64,000 nt of DNA. Origin: a virus. The number at the start of each line of letters is the position of its first letter. The stretch's first letter is position 1. The notes under the pieces are model-generated. The model saw only the letters and a list, made by a program, of their open reading frames with translations. It had not been told where the DNA came from and searched no databases. A program made the position numbers and the translations under genes. The DNA lies in the IMG/VR virus record IMGVR_UViG_3300032157_000004, positions 17,874-81,873 of that record; one strand, 5' to 3'. Below, piece after piece: positions 26,701 through 35,895 of the stretch.

Positions 26701-29700
26701 TCCAGGCACGCTTCCAGTTGCCTGTAAAGAGGTCGTTCATAAAAGAGACAATCGGCCCACGAATCTTAGGCCAGGTTTTCTCAAAGAAAGTTCGGATACC
26801 GCCCCAGTCCGTTTCCCAAGCTTTACGGATGGTAGCGACTGCTCTGACTGCTCCCAGAATCACAGCACCCATGCGAATCAGCCCAGGCACAATATTAAGC
26901 AAAATTGCTCCGGCTGCGGCAATAAGGACATCCTTTAGCTCCACGTTCTGAGTAATAAACTCATAAATGGGCATAAAAGTTTTTTTCAAAGAAACAATAA
27001 AATTTAATACTTGCCCAGCCGCCTCTTTAATCGTGCGCCAGATACCTTGCGCCCTCTCGATGAAGTCACGCATCCCTGGCGACATCTGATCAAACCAGTA
27101 TTGAAGTTGGTCGCCGCTGAATAAAAGCTCTACCAGCCAGTGTGCGAAGGCTTGAATATTGTCGATGATTTGAGGCAGCATCCTCTCAATCCAGGGCATA
27201 GCTGCGTCGACCACACGATTGAGAAGCTGTGCGAAGCGTTCAAAAAAATTAATAATTTTATCTTGGTTCGCACCCGTTAGCGCCGTCAGCTTGTTCACCA
27301 AGTTAAAGAGCATGTCGGTGAAAGCTGCGCCCGACTTTCTCTGGATGGTCGCCCAGATATCGCCCAGGTTTCTCCATCTCGCCTGGAGAGTTTCAGTACG
27401 CACTTTGGCAGCATCCATCGCTGAGTTCTGGATTGTGATCTCATCTTTGAGCTTTCTGAACTCATCTTCACCCATGTTGACAAGACCGATGAAGGTTTCC
27501 AAAGCATCGTTACCAAAAGTGCGGCGACCAAACTCAATGCGTTCTTCTTGGCTCAGACCCTTGACTGCCTCACGCAATTTTCCAATCATGGCGACTGTGC
27601 CAATAAATTTTCCCTGATCGTCAAAGAATGCGTTGTCGCCTGGTTTTTGCTGCTCTTTTAGCTCCTTCAAGTGCTGGGTGTGCGTCTGGAGAAGTTCGTC
27701 ATAGCTATAGAGTCGGGGATCAAGCTCTGCGATTCTTTTTTCTGTCTCTGCAATCTCTTTGCTGATATCTTCAAACTCAGACTGCGACAGACCTGTAAAC
27801 AGACCTACTTTTCGCATCTCGTCGGCGGCGACTTCTGTGATGGGGACAAGTCTTTGGAAGAAGTTCATTGCGCCTGTACCCGCTTGGCGCGCTGAGTGGA
27901 ATAGGTTGACCGTTCCAGCAATGACAGTCGCAAAATCTTCAAAGGTTACACCCAGAGAAGCGGCGGCTGCACCACCGTTGCCCAAAGCCAAAGCCCAATC
28001 TTCTAACTCAATTCTGGAGTTGTTGATGACACCTTGCGACACATCGGCAATGCGGTTTACCTCAGTTGCCGCCAGTCCAAACATTTGCATAGCCATCGTT
28101 GCAATGTCAGCGGCTTGAGCAAACTCACCCCCTGTCGCATTCGCCAAGAGGATAGCGGCTTCGGCTGCGCCATTGAGAATGTTGGTCATCTCAATACCGT
28201 TACGAGCCAATTGGTCTACAACAGCGGCGGCTTCCTCTGTCGAAACAACCAGTTCAGGATCAAGCGCCAGATTGTCAATCAAGTCACCCAAAGGCGCAAC
28301 TTCGGCGGCTGTCTTTCTCAAGACCGCTTGGATGTCTGCCATGTTTTGTTGGAACTGTGCTGCGCCTTCAATGGCTTCAAAGAGCCAGCCCTTAATCGCA
28401 TTGCCGGAGAAAGCCAGCACTCCTGTTACGGCGGCTGTGATACCCAATAAAATATTTGTTAATTTTTGTCCCAGGTCACGATAAGCGTCTAAGGCACTTG
28501 TCGCCATCGAACGTAAAGTTGTCACTGTGTAGCGAACGACATTGCCGATAATGGTTGTAATCGTGCGTGCCAGACTGGTCAAGATATTGACGACAGAGCT
28601 TGCCAGACTCATAAAGAGATCGGCTACCGACCGCACTAGATTTGTCACCAGTCCGATTACGCCTCTGACGATGTTTTGGAAAACACCGATCACAGACGAC
28701 GCTAGACCGGATAAGATTCTGCCGATAGAGGAGACGATGCCGGAGAAAGCACTGACAATGCCGCCCACAATATTCTGGACAACACCAAAAATATTTCTGA
28801 GGAGGGAAGCAAACGCACCGATTACAGAACTGACAATGTTCTGCACGATACTCACAATATTTTTTAGAAGGGACATGAACAGCCCGATAGCACCCGAAAC
28901 AATGTTCTGGATGATACCGACGACTGTTCTGAGAAGGGACATAAAAAGGCCAGCGACCGTCGAGACGATGCTTTGCACCACCCCGATGATCGATCTTAAC
29001 AGCCCTGTTAATAGTCCGATGATGGTCGATACCATGCCGCTGATGATATTAGCGACAGTTCTGACCATGCCCATAAAAAGCGATGTGATGCCGTTGACGA
29101 TCATGCCGACAATCGACATCGCACTTTTGAGAACAGACGATAAAAGCCCTGTGATGACACCGCCTACCAAAGCGAAAGCATTGCCAATCAGCCCTGTAAT
29201 TAGGCCCACCAGTCCGCCCAATACGCGCACGATCATGCCTGTGATAAAAGACAATGCACCGGAGATCACACCGCTGATAGCACCCAAGATACCAGTCGTT
29301 AGACCGCCCAGAAGTGTGCCGATGACTGCGCCGACTGGCCCACCCATCGCACCACCAGCCGACCCCATCATGTCCCAGATGCTACCGGATACTGTGCCGC
29401 TAGTATTACGCATCAAAGACTGGGTAACTTTTATAGCAGCGGCTATTTGTCGCTGTGCTGACTTCTCGGCTGCGACAGCGGCTCTTTCTGCTGCTTTTTC
29501 GGCTGCTGCGGCTTTTTTATTTTCTTCCTGTAAAATTTGATTGGCGAGTCGAGTAGCATCTCTGATTTTTTTATTTACAGCTTTTTCATCGGCTACAGCT
29601 TCCTTCTCGCTATTTTTTTGTTTTTCTCTAGCAAGTTTGCTTTCTTCTTTAAGAATATCCGCCGCCATCTTAACCCTGATTTTGATCGCATTATCAGCCG

Positions 29701-30073
29701 CCTTTTTTGCGGCGGCTGCTTCTGCGTCGGCGGCTTTCTCAAATTCTCTTTCTGCTTCTTTGTATTCTTTGATGGTGAAGTCAACAGCCTTGCCGACTGC
29801 GCTTTCCCAATCGCTGCTGCTGTCTTTGGCGGCTCTGGAAATGGTTTTAGCGGCGCTGCTTGCTGCACGCGCCGCTGCATTCCACGCATTTGCCAGCGCC
29901 CGCATGTCGCTGGTATTCATTTTATCGCTTATATCAGAAAAGCTAGAGACAACATCTCTAGCCATATTCTGAGTGGACGTTTTCATCTCCTCTACTTTAC
30001 GGAGATAAGTGTCCACGTTGCGATTAAATTGTCTTAGATCAAGCTCGGCAATTAACCCGATCTTCTCAGCCAT
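23759..30073 (-). CDS. Tape measure protein (TP901-like core), 2104 aa
   Basis: Length and position after the chaperones; core FQQNMADIQAV...LARNG; 11/22-aa amphipathic and Trp-rich repeats. Confidence 0.93.
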   Translation of the reverse strand: MAEKIGLIAELDLRQFNRNVDTYLRKVEEMKTSTQNMARDVVSSFSDISDKMNTSDMRALANAWNAAARAASSAAKTISRAAKDSSSDWESAVGKAVDFTIKEYKEAEREFEKAADAEAAAAKKAADNAIKIRVKMAADILKEESKLAREKQKNSEKEAVADEKAVNKKIRDATRLANQILQEENKKAAAAEKAAERAAVAAEKSAQRQIAAAIKVTQSLMRNTSGTVSGSIWDMMGSAGGAMGGPVGAVIGTLLGGLTTGILGAISGVISGALSFITGMIVRVLGGLVGLITGLIGNAFALVGGVITGLLSSVLKSAMSIVGMIVNGITSLFMGMVRTVANIISGMVSTIIGLLTGLLRSIIGVVQSIVSTVAGLFMSLLRTVVGIIQNIVSGAIGLFMSLLKNIVSIVQNIVSSVIGAFASLLRNIFGVVQNIVGGIVSAFSGIVSSIGRILSGLASSVIGVFQNIVRGVIGLVTNLVRSVADLFMSLASSVVNILTSLARTITTIIGNVVRYTVTTLRSMATSALDAYRDLGQKLTNILLGITAAVTGVLAFSGNAIKGWLFEAIEGAAQFQQNMADIQAVLRKTAAEVAPLGDLIDNLALDPELVVSTEEAAAVVDQLARNGIEMTNILNGAAEAAILLANATGGEFAQAADIATMAMQMFGLAATEVNRIADVSQGVINNSRIELEDWALALGNGGAAAASLGVTFEDFATVIAGTVNLFHSARQAGTGAMNFFQRLVPITEVAADEMRKVGLFTGLSQSEFEDISKEIAETEKRIAELDPRLYSYDELLQTHTQHLKELKEQQKPGDNAFFDDQGKFIGTVAMIGKLREAVKGLSQEERIEFGRRTFGNDALETFIGLVNMGEDEFRKLKDEITIQNSAMDAAKVRTETLQARWRNLGDIWATIQRKSGAAFTDMLFNLVNKLTALTGANQDKIINFFERFAQLLNRVVDAAMPWIERMLPQIIDNIQAFAHWLVELLFSGDQLQYWFDQMSPGMRDFIERAQGIWRTIKEAAGQVLNFIVSLKKTFMPIYEFITQNVELKDVLIAAAGAILLNIVPGLIRMGAVILGAVRAVATIRKAWETDWGGIRTFFEKTWPKIRGPIVSFMNDLFTGNWKRAWNTALGVVKTVLIELEKIVPPFFKNFINIALDLLEGDWEGIWENVVEIAKKSFNLIIGFLESLNNPFTGFIVDILEGRWTKVWDTVKDTVTFAFNWIKDQLRELNTPFTNFILDILENRWYEAWRTVRGVVVEALNFIIGELDKLDLPFTEFIVHLVHGDWYEAWLQVKQMAISAFDGIKFALKELNLPFTNFLLDILEGRWREVWRKVVNVAIGAFELLKQILRDFDTDWSDFLLDILEGRWNEVWERIKETAKGALEKLKDFTPDWADPFITSVQQMIDGKWAEAWASARQGAINALEQLKDADNPDSWQNSLLSSVQLFLEGKWVEAWAKAREGLIKGMETLKEVDENGQPIKTWQNQLIQSVQDFLAGDWAKAWSSLQDALVLGMETLKQKDEAGNELNTWQNKLLDSVEKFLLGDWVGAWANMQDALVLGMESLKQVDAEGQPLKTWQNTLIGAVQKFIRGDWYNAWLEAGVAMDEALAEAQSKTTPGSWQSKLIEAVRLLKEGEWVAAWNEARDAANIILGQWQSNTTPGSWQWHTIEAARKINSGEWAQAWSEVRTAADIVLGQWQSNTTPGSWQWHTIEAARKINSGEWGAAWAEVRQAADVVLGQWQANTSQGSWQWHTIEAARKINSGEWASAWAEVRTAADVVLGQWQSNTTTGSWQWHTIEAARKIIGGDWAGAWKEVRIAANEVLSKWAEEDNGGSGSAWQGHLRNAVRALAVDGDFVLAWQEVQKAANDILATWLPATDPGSWQSALLIATSKFINGDEEGGWKWTWKAAGEIAVSAVVEVLKGMAERIATAIFHPVDTAASFGDIGRRIWEGIVEGFTLGMAGNPLPTPVVPETPSPGGGGKPLEDTIPPASGAATGMQYWRGGRLLVGEEGPEFVDLPPGSRIFSNQMSKSLLNAAKISGNFGSSLNNFRNAIMNSQGAAATKYQSMSQTTYNNVQVGPIYVSDKIDAAEFEYRVERIVQRLNRD
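24640..25200 (-). repeat. 129-bp (43-aa) tandem repeat inside the tape measure, 4 near-identical units
   Basis: SWQWHTIEAARKINSGEW...LGQWQSNTTPG; DNA anchor tgccattgcca recurs near 24695, 24824, 24953, 25082. Confidence 0.85.
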
Positions 30074-30076
30074 AGG

Positions 30077-30364
30077 TTAGGATTCCGTGTTCTGAGATAG
30101 ATTCGCCATTTCTGTCTCACGCTGCTTATTAGCAACATAAGAATCCCAGGCTTCCATCCCCATCTTACTTTCATAATAAATAATGGCGAGAGCCTGATCG
30201 TCCTGGCTGGCTTCAAAAAATTTACTAGGGGGCCATATCCTCCAGTAGTGGATTACTTCCGCTAGATGGAACAGATGTCTCCACTCCCACTTCCCCTTCA
30301 AGTCTTTCCGTTCCATCAGTTTCGACAGGGGTATTCCGTCGTACCTGATTCCGAAAAGTGGCCC
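30077..30364 (-). CDS. Tail assembly chaperone GT C-terminal frame (probably reached by frameshift)
   Basis: Frame is open from just after the TGA at 30365-67 and overlaps the G ORF in the +1 frame; sits immediately before the tape measure. Confidence 0.65.
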   Translation of the reverse strand, partial: GPLFGIRYDGIPLSKLMERKDLKGKWEWRHLFHLAEVIHYWRIWPPSKFFEASQDDQALAIIYYESKMGMEAWDSYVANKQRETEMANLSQNTES

Positions 30365-30956
30365 TCAATTCATCAAGGTTTTCGGCGGGAACACCTGTGC
30401 GCTCCATAATTCCGGCCATGATCTCAGCGAAGTCGTCATTGTTGCCGATCACATCAGAGTTGATGTACTGGAATTTCACATCAATACGATTGCCAGGAAC
30501 CTTGAGTCCCCATACTTCTTCTTGTTCCCGCTTCCACTCGTCCAACCCTTCTTCCGTATAGCCGATGATCTCAAAGCCAGACGTGAAGGTATATTTCATC
30601 ACATTGCTGTCACGCTGATCTAGAACTTTATCGCGCTTGGCAATGTATTCTTCCCAAATTTTTTTCTCGTTGTCGTCAAGAAAATCTTTTCCATCCATCG
30701 GCTCTCTTTGTTTGCCGCCGAAGTCCGTCACATATTCACGATAAGGAACTTCCGGCAACTCCCCCGCCCCGCGCAATGTCTCTAAACGTTGCTGGTTAAG
30801 ACCGATGAAACGAATTTTTACGCCCAGTGAAGTCGTAAAAAAGTCCGGCGTCGAGTAGGAAAAATTTTCTTTGCCGTTGCCATTGCCGTTGCCGTTGGTA
30901 TGCTTGGGCGTTTGGTAAGTTTGCTTCTCTGCCATCTTGAAAGTTTGGTTGTTCAT
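30225..30956 (-). CDS. Tail assembly chaperone G
   Basis: Position between tail tube and tape measure, with an overlapping downstream frame. Confidence 0.7.
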   Translation of the reverse strand: MNNQTFKMAEKQTYQTPKHTNGNGNGNGKENFSYSTPDFFTTSLGVKIRFIGLNQQRLETLRGAGELPEVPYREYVTDFGGKQREPMDGKDFLDDNEKKIWEEYIAKRDKVLDQRDSNVMKYTFTSGFEIIGYTEEGLDEWKREQEEVWGLKVPGNRIDVKFQYINSDVIGNNDDFAEIMAGIMERTGVPAENLDELRATFRNQVRRNTPVETDGTERLEGEVGVETSVPSSGSNPLLEDMAP

Positions 30957-30981
30957 TCCTCTGTTGTCCTTTTAGAAAAAC

Positions 30982-31015
30982 CAGCGGTTGTCTAAGGCTA
31001 CTAAGACAACCGCTG
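30982..31015 (-). terminator. Intrinsic terminator after the tail tube gene
   Basis: 12-bp perfect stem cagcggttgtct/agacaaccgctg followed by TTTTT on the minus strand. Confidence 0.7.
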
Positions 31016-31056
31016 ATTCTTCACGATAGTAGGGTAGCCTTACAACAAAAATTTTC

Positions 31057-32547
31057 TTAGCTGACAGGCTGTAGCTTGTAGACCACAGGCTTGCCACCTT
31101 GAGGCTCACCGACTGCGTAGACCAGGCGAAGTCCACAGGCAATCAGCGAGTTGATACCGGAATTGACAGGAGTCTCAATAACCTCCCAGTTGTAGCCGCC
31201 AGTGCGTGTGGTGAGGATAGTGGATTTACCGCCACTCGCGCGCACACTCATGTAGCCGACCATGTTGTTGACGAACTTCATGTCATCAACCACACCGCCC
31301 GCTTGACCCGAACCATTCCAACCTGCACGCTGCGTCCAGGTTACACCACCATCAGTGGTGAAGAAAGTTTCGGAATCGTCAGTGCCGACCCAGGCGTTGT
31401 TGGTATCGATCACAGAACCGGAACTGATGTCGCCACCCTGCCCAGTGCTGTTGACTTGGTTCCAAACCTGCCCGCCGTCATTGGTAGAGGCGATCACATC
31501 GGCTGCGCCACCTGCCCAGCCGTTGCGGTCGTCAATCATCTGAACCCAGTTCCAGGCAGCGGCATGGATACCCTGATCCTCCTGAACCTGCCAGGACGAA
31601 CCACCATCAGACGAGAAATAGATTCTGCCCGAATCAGTGCCGACCCAGATGTTGTTCTGGTTGATCGAGTGGACAGCTTGAGGAGAAGTTACGAACTCGC
31701 CGTTGTCTGTGCCGATGTTGACGCGTGTCCAGGTTGCACCGCCGTCGTCCGAATAGGCAGCTTCGGCTGGATTGGCAACATCGGTCGTGCCTCTGAAAAC
31801 GAGAATACGTGTGGTCAAACGGTCGATAGCGAAACAAGTTCCGGCTGTGATTGCATCACCTGTGTCGAACGGATCGGCGTCGGCTGGTGTCCAGGTATCA
31901 TTTTGCATGATCCAAACAGTCGCCTTGTTAGTTGCCGAACCGACCACCGCATCGGAAACTGCATAGAGGGTGTCACAAGCTTCGTTGGCTGCACCGCAAG
32001 GGCCAGCACAAATATCAGTGTCGCAAGCGAACACATGATTCAAAGCCTGGGTTTCGAGAATACTGGAGTCTCTGGAAATACGGAGCGGAGCGATACGAAT
32101 CATATCGTCAGCTTCCATGTCGAAGGTCATCATAACCGGATTTTCGTCGTCACCACCGGAGAGGAGGTTAGACAAGCCTTCTTGAACGTTGTCGGCATTG
32201 ATGAAGATGAAAGCTCTACGCCAGTTCCAGAACTCATTCTTAGGCGCGCAATCTACCGCCTGAGCAATGATCGGAACCGGACAGTTGAGATTTTCAAAAT
32301 AATCAAAGAGGCCGTACATCTTGGTTTCGATGGTGAAGGTCACAAGACCAGGAGCCGCCTTAGTTTTGGTCGCTACACGATAGCGACCAGGTTGCACCGG
32401 ATCTGGACAGTGGATGAGGGTATTGTTGCCTTTGGGCTTGGTCACAGAGCTAATCGTATGACAACCTGCAAAACGTGGCTGGGAGTTTGGCCCCCCAGGT
32501 AGCACCCACAGCGAAACGCCTAGTGATTTGATTGGTTCGTCTGCCAT
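31057..32547 (-). CDS. Major tail tube protein with C-terminal Asp-box/Ycf48-like beta-propeller
   Basis: Position before the chaperones and followed by a terminator; repeats YSDDGGATW, FSSDGGSSW, STNDGGQVW, FTTDGGVTW. Confidence 0.7.
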   Translation of the reverse strand: MADEPIKSLGVSLWVLPGGPNSQPRFAGCHTISSVTKPKGNNTLIHCPDPVQPGRYRVATKTKAAPGLVTFTIETKMYGLFDYFENLNCPVPIIAQAVDCAPKNEFWNWRRAFIFINADNVQEGLSNLLSGGDDENPVMMTFDMEADDMIRIAPLRISRDSSILETQALNHVFACDTDICAGPCGAANEACDTLYAVSDAVVGSATNKATVWIMQNDTWTPADADPFDTGDAITAGTCFAIDRLTTRILVFRGTTDVANPAEAAYSDDGGATWTRVNIGTDNGEFVTSPQAVHSINQNNIWVGTDSGRIYFSSDGGSSWQVQEDQGIHAAAWNWVQMIDDRNGWAGGAADVIASTNDGGQVWNQVNSTGQGGDISSGSVIDTNNAWVGTDDSETFFTTDGGVTWTQRAGWNGSGQAGGVVDDMKFVNNMVGYMSVRASGGKSTILTTRTGGYNWEVIETPVNSGINSLIACGLRLVYAVGEPQGGKPVVYKLQPVS

Positions 32548-32921
32548 TAGTCGCTCTCTCCCTTATGATCTCGGAAATTGATAACCGCTTCCTTAAAATG
32601 TTGGAGATTCGCAGAACAGGCTTCATTAAAGGCAGCGGTTACACCCCTAGTCCTGAGTGCGTAATCTTCCAGTGTCCAAATGCCGTTCTTGCGTAAAAGC
32701 TCCGCAATCTTTGTCGGGCCGAACTGGGTATGCATAAGAGTTTCCCATGCCACCCCGTAAGGCTGTCCTTCTTCAATATCCTCAACGGTCAGATCGCCGT
32801 TCGCCTCTTTTACGATGATGTCAGACGGAACAGTCACCCGTCTCAGAACTCCTTTGTCATCTGCCCACTCGACTACGCTAGATGATCCTTTATGGAATAC
32901 TTCGCGGACAACTGTTTTCAT
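32547..32921 (-). CDS. Head-tail/tail completion hypothetical protein
   Basis: 124-aa ORF coupled to the tail tube gene. Confidence 0.55.
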   Translation of the reverse strand: MKTVVREVFHKGSSSVVEWADDKGVLRRVTVPSDIIVKEANGDLTVEDIEEGQPYGVAWETLMHTQFGPTKIAELLRKNGIWTLEDYALRTRGVTAAFNEACSANLQHFKEAVINFRDHKGESD

Positions 32922-32934
32922 CCTGTTTCCTCTC

Positions 32935-33450
32935 TCAAGGATAGGCGTGACCGCTTGCCTTACGAGCGATCTTCATGCCGTTCTGTAGAAGTGCCTGAAA
33001 ATTTTTTTCCTGTTTATTTTTTATTTCTTCATCAAATTTTCTGGCTTCGATACCTGGATGAGCGACCCAAGCTCTAAACTGGTCTGTGGGGCCGGACATT
33101 CCTGCGCCGGAATTGATGATGCCAGGAAAAGTTTTTGGAATAAATTGCCCAGGAAACGCAAGTCGCTTGGCAGTTTTAGGAAAGATAGCGTGGGAACGCG
33201 TGCCTTTGCTCACATAGGCATATATTCGATCCTCAGTCGTTGATTCGACCGTAATTTCATCCATGCCCACTTTAGGAATTACAACGGCAGGATCGAACGG
33301 AACAGCATGATCCCAGGTGCGTGTAGTGTCCTCAAAATTTTCTCGGATACTCTCACCAATATCCCTCATTGCATCGATCAGTGCGTGATTGATGCCCGCC
33401 CTGTTCAGTGGTCTAGGGATAATTGGCGTCAGTCTTAGCATCTTAGACAA
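32935..33450 (-). CDS. Neck protein (HK97 gp10-like)
   Basis: YVSKGTRSHAIFPKTAKRLAF...VAHPG motif; position. Confidence 0.55.
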   Translation of the reverse strand: MSKMLRLTPIIPRPLNRAGINHALIDAMRDIGESIRENFEDTTRTWDHAVPFDPAVVIPKVGMDEITVESTTEDRIYAYVSKGTRSHAIFPKTAKRLAFPGQFIPKTFPGIINSGAGMSGPTDQFRAWVAHPGIEARKFDEEIKNKQEKNFQALLQNGMKIARKASGHAYP

Positions 33451-33505
33451 TAGGCTAATACAGAATCAGTAAAAATGCAATACCTAAGAAAATTTTAATA
33501 TTTTT

Positions 33506-33553
33506 TCAAAAAATACTGGCACGTTGCGCTGCAAAGCCTTTGGCCCGTTTGTA
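33506..33553 (-). pseudogene. Orphaned alternative 3' end of the head-tail adaptor gene
   Basis: Encodes YKRAKGFAAQRASIF*, against WKWAKNFAAQRSSIL* at 34181-34228 (10/15 identical); no start codon. Confidence 0.7.
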
Positions 33554-33619
33554 GGTATAAATAGTCTAAATTGACAATTAAATCTTTCTAATGCACAATT
33601 ATTCTTAAAGGAGAACTCT

Positions 33620-34186
33620 ATGCTAATTACCCTTCGCTGTAGTGGCTGCGGTACTGAAATTCAAAAACAACACTGGACTGTCAATCAGACTAGAAATTTT
33701 TGTTCTCTTGAGTGTAAGTGGAACTCTGAAAGAACAGCGATTGTCTGTCAAAACTGTAAAATTTCTTTTACCAAAAAGTCTAAGATCAACAACTCCGCAA
33801 GAAAATTTTGTTCTCGAAAATGCTATCTGGAATGGAAGGCTATAGTTGGAAGGGTTAAGCTGGTCTGCCAACAATGTGGGAAGAATTTTACTCGTCAAAA
33901 ATGGGTTCCTTCTAAGTCTTATATCTGCTGCTCTCGTAAATGCCACACAGAGTTTCAAAGAAAAGATCGAGTAATAAATGGAAATGGTTATGTAGCCATC
34001 TGGGTTGATGACCAGAAAGTTTTAGAGCATCGCTTTGTAATGGAGCAGTATCTAGGACGTTCCCTTCTCGAGAACGAAATAGTTCATCACATCAACAATA
34101 ATCGAACAGACAATCGAGTTGAAAATCTTCAAGTGATGACTCAAGGACAGCATGTAGGGCTTCACAATAAGAATAGGCAGCTATAG
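33620..34186 (+). CDS. HNH homing endonuclease with Zn-finger repeats, antisense to the operon
   Basis: Repeated CxxC...FCSxxC; HRFVME...VHHINNNRTDNRVENL; RBS aaggag; TTGACA at 33571. Confidence 0.85.
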   Translation: MLITLRCSGCGTEIQKQHWTVNQTRNFCSLECKWNSERTAIVCQNCKISFTKKSKINNSARKFCSRKCYLEWKAIVGRVKLVCQQCGKNFTRQKWVPSKSYICCSRKCHTEFQRKDRVINGNGYVAIWVDDQKVLEHRFVMEQYLGRSLLENEIVHHINNNRTDNRVENLQVMTQGQHVGLHNKNRQL

Positions 34187-35326
34187 TATGCTCGATCTTT
34201 GAGCAGCAAAATTCTTAGCCCATTTCCAGGCTTGCCACGCGCCGTTTGAAAGTCCAAAACCGCAGTTGACACGTTCTCTGGTTATAGCCCCCGTCACGTC
34301 GTAGTCTTTCTGCCAGATCTGTCCAGTCTTGTCGCACTGGCAAGGTGGGCGACCTAGCTTGGAATGGGCCAGCCGGATAATCGCCATCTCTGCTTGTAGA
34401 TCTAGCTCACGTACCCCCGCCAAATAGTTTAGACGCACGTTACGATAGCCGTGACCGCAGATAACTTTGCTGTTCCACTCATCTGCATCTTCGTTCCACA
34501 CAGCGGCGCTGACACGTACAATGCCCAGATAGGGATCTTCCAGATACATACAGGCTGTGTGCGTACATTCTGTGCAACCGTTGGCGCAACTATTGTTGCG
34601 ACAGTTTGGTCGTACCAAAATAGCTTGTCGGGAAGGATCAGTATAAGTGCGTCTAACATCTACAGTCGTTAAGAAGAAAGCCAGATTTTCATGGTCAGGC
34701 ACACCTTCAATCACATTCAAGAATTCCTGCTTAACCATACGGTAGCGGGGAATCTCAATTGTGACATTACCGGAAGCCAGCGTAATTTTGCTCGGCGTAA
34801 TCTGACGATTAGAACCTGGATAAAAAATTTTTATTTCATCCACCGATGCCGCTGATGTCGAGATAGGCCCGACTACGCCTACACCGTTTGGGTTCTCATA
34901 GTCGATAGGGGAATCTGCTTCCAGCACTTCTATCACCGGAGAGCCAGCGGCTAAGATACGCGGATAACGGGTTACGATCTTGCATTTAATTTTTTGCTGA
35001 TCGACCCACCTGGGATTGTCGTTGTACTCACCTTGTATATAGGTTGGACAAAGTGGGTAGCCGCATACCTGCTCAATTTCTTGTTGAGCTTCTGCCAAAG
35101 CATTCGCAATCGTCATACGTTGATATTCTGTCCAGTAGGGATCGCAGCCTTTGAGATATTGATTCTCATAGTTAACGCCCCAAAAGGCAGCTTCTTCGTA
35201 GCCGATGATCTTGGCGTATCTTGCCAGAGACACCGCACAATTAGGCGTAGTCTCCAGTTCCTCCATCTGGTCATAGACAGTCTCTAAGACCAGCGGTGTA
35301 CCTTGTCCCGATCCTGATGTTGCCAT
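34181..35326 (-). CDS. Head-tail adaptor/connector protein
   Basis: Position in the head-tail module; IANALAEAQQEIEQVCGYPLCP pattern, Cys-rich. Confidence 0.55.
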   Translation of the reverse strand: MATSGSGQGTPLVLETVYDQMEELETTPNCAVSLARYAKIIGYEEAAFWGVNYENQYLKGCDPYWTEYQRMTIANALAEAQQEIEQVCGYPLCPTYIQGEYNDNPRWVDQQKIKCKIVTRYPRILAAGSPVIEVLEADSPIDYENPNGVGVVGPISTSAASVDEIKIFYPGSNRQITPSKITLASGNVTIEIPRYRMVKQEFLNVIEGVPDHENLAFFLTTVDVRRTYTDPSRQAILVRPNCRNNSCANGCTECTHTACMYLEDPYLGIVRVSAAVWNEDADEWNSKVICGHGYRNVRLNYLAGVRELDLQAEMAIIRLAHSKLGRPPCQCDKTGQIWQKDYDVTGAITRERVNCGFGLSNGAWQAWKWAKNFAAQRSSIL

Positions 35327-35862
35327 TAGCTTACGACCTCCGTATCGACAGGGAAGGAGTAGCCGACTTTATAGGAGAACACGGTGTATGTGCCTGGAGC
35401 AAGTCGTGGAAGATTGTCATAAGCATCTCTAGCGACACCAAAGCTATCTGTCACACCCCGCCATACTGTTGTAGCAACATTGTTGCTGGTAGCAAAGCTG
35501 ACTTCGACTCCTTGAATTGGCGCACTGTTGTCGCTGCGTGTGATTGTGTAGGTAAACTCAACAGCCGACGTTACTCGATCATCGACCACATACTCTAAGT
35601 TCTGTTGGGAGATACTTTCGTGGCTGATTGCAATAGCTACAGGGCCAGGAGTATCTGCTTCTCCCGCCGTTGTCACATATTTGTACCAGCCCAGTCCAGC
35701 TTCACTTTTTGTTCCGGCGCTGGCTGCGAAGGCAGCGCCTCCTTTAGAAATTTGCAGGTCAAATGTGCTGCCTAAGCCTAAAACTTCGTTGTTGGTCACA
35801 TCGACCAGGACAAACAAAATTGTATTAGGCTGGTTTCGCACCCAACCTCCAGCATTCTGCAT
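35326..35862 (-). CDS. Virion protein with Ig/prealbumin-like fold
   Basis: APIQGVEVS...GVTDSFG...LAPGTYTVF.YKVGYSF. Confidence 0.55.
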   Translation of the reverse strand: MQNAGGWVRNQPNTILFVLVDVTNNEVLGLGSTFDLQISKGGAAFAASAGTKSEAGLGWYKYVTTAGEADTPGPVAIAISHESISQQNLEYVVDDRVTSAVEFTYTITRSDNSAPIQGVEVSFATSNNVATTVWRGVTDSFGVARDAYDNLPRLAPGTYTVFSYKVGYSFPVDTEVVS

Positions 35863-35895
35863 CGCTGCCTCCTTTCCAAAAAATTAAAAAATTTT

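Noticed and set aside
31099-32502. 467-aa plus-strand ORF (also 47140-47904, 28542-29540 and similar)
   Set aside because: Antisense shadows of the tail tube, capsid and tape measure genes.
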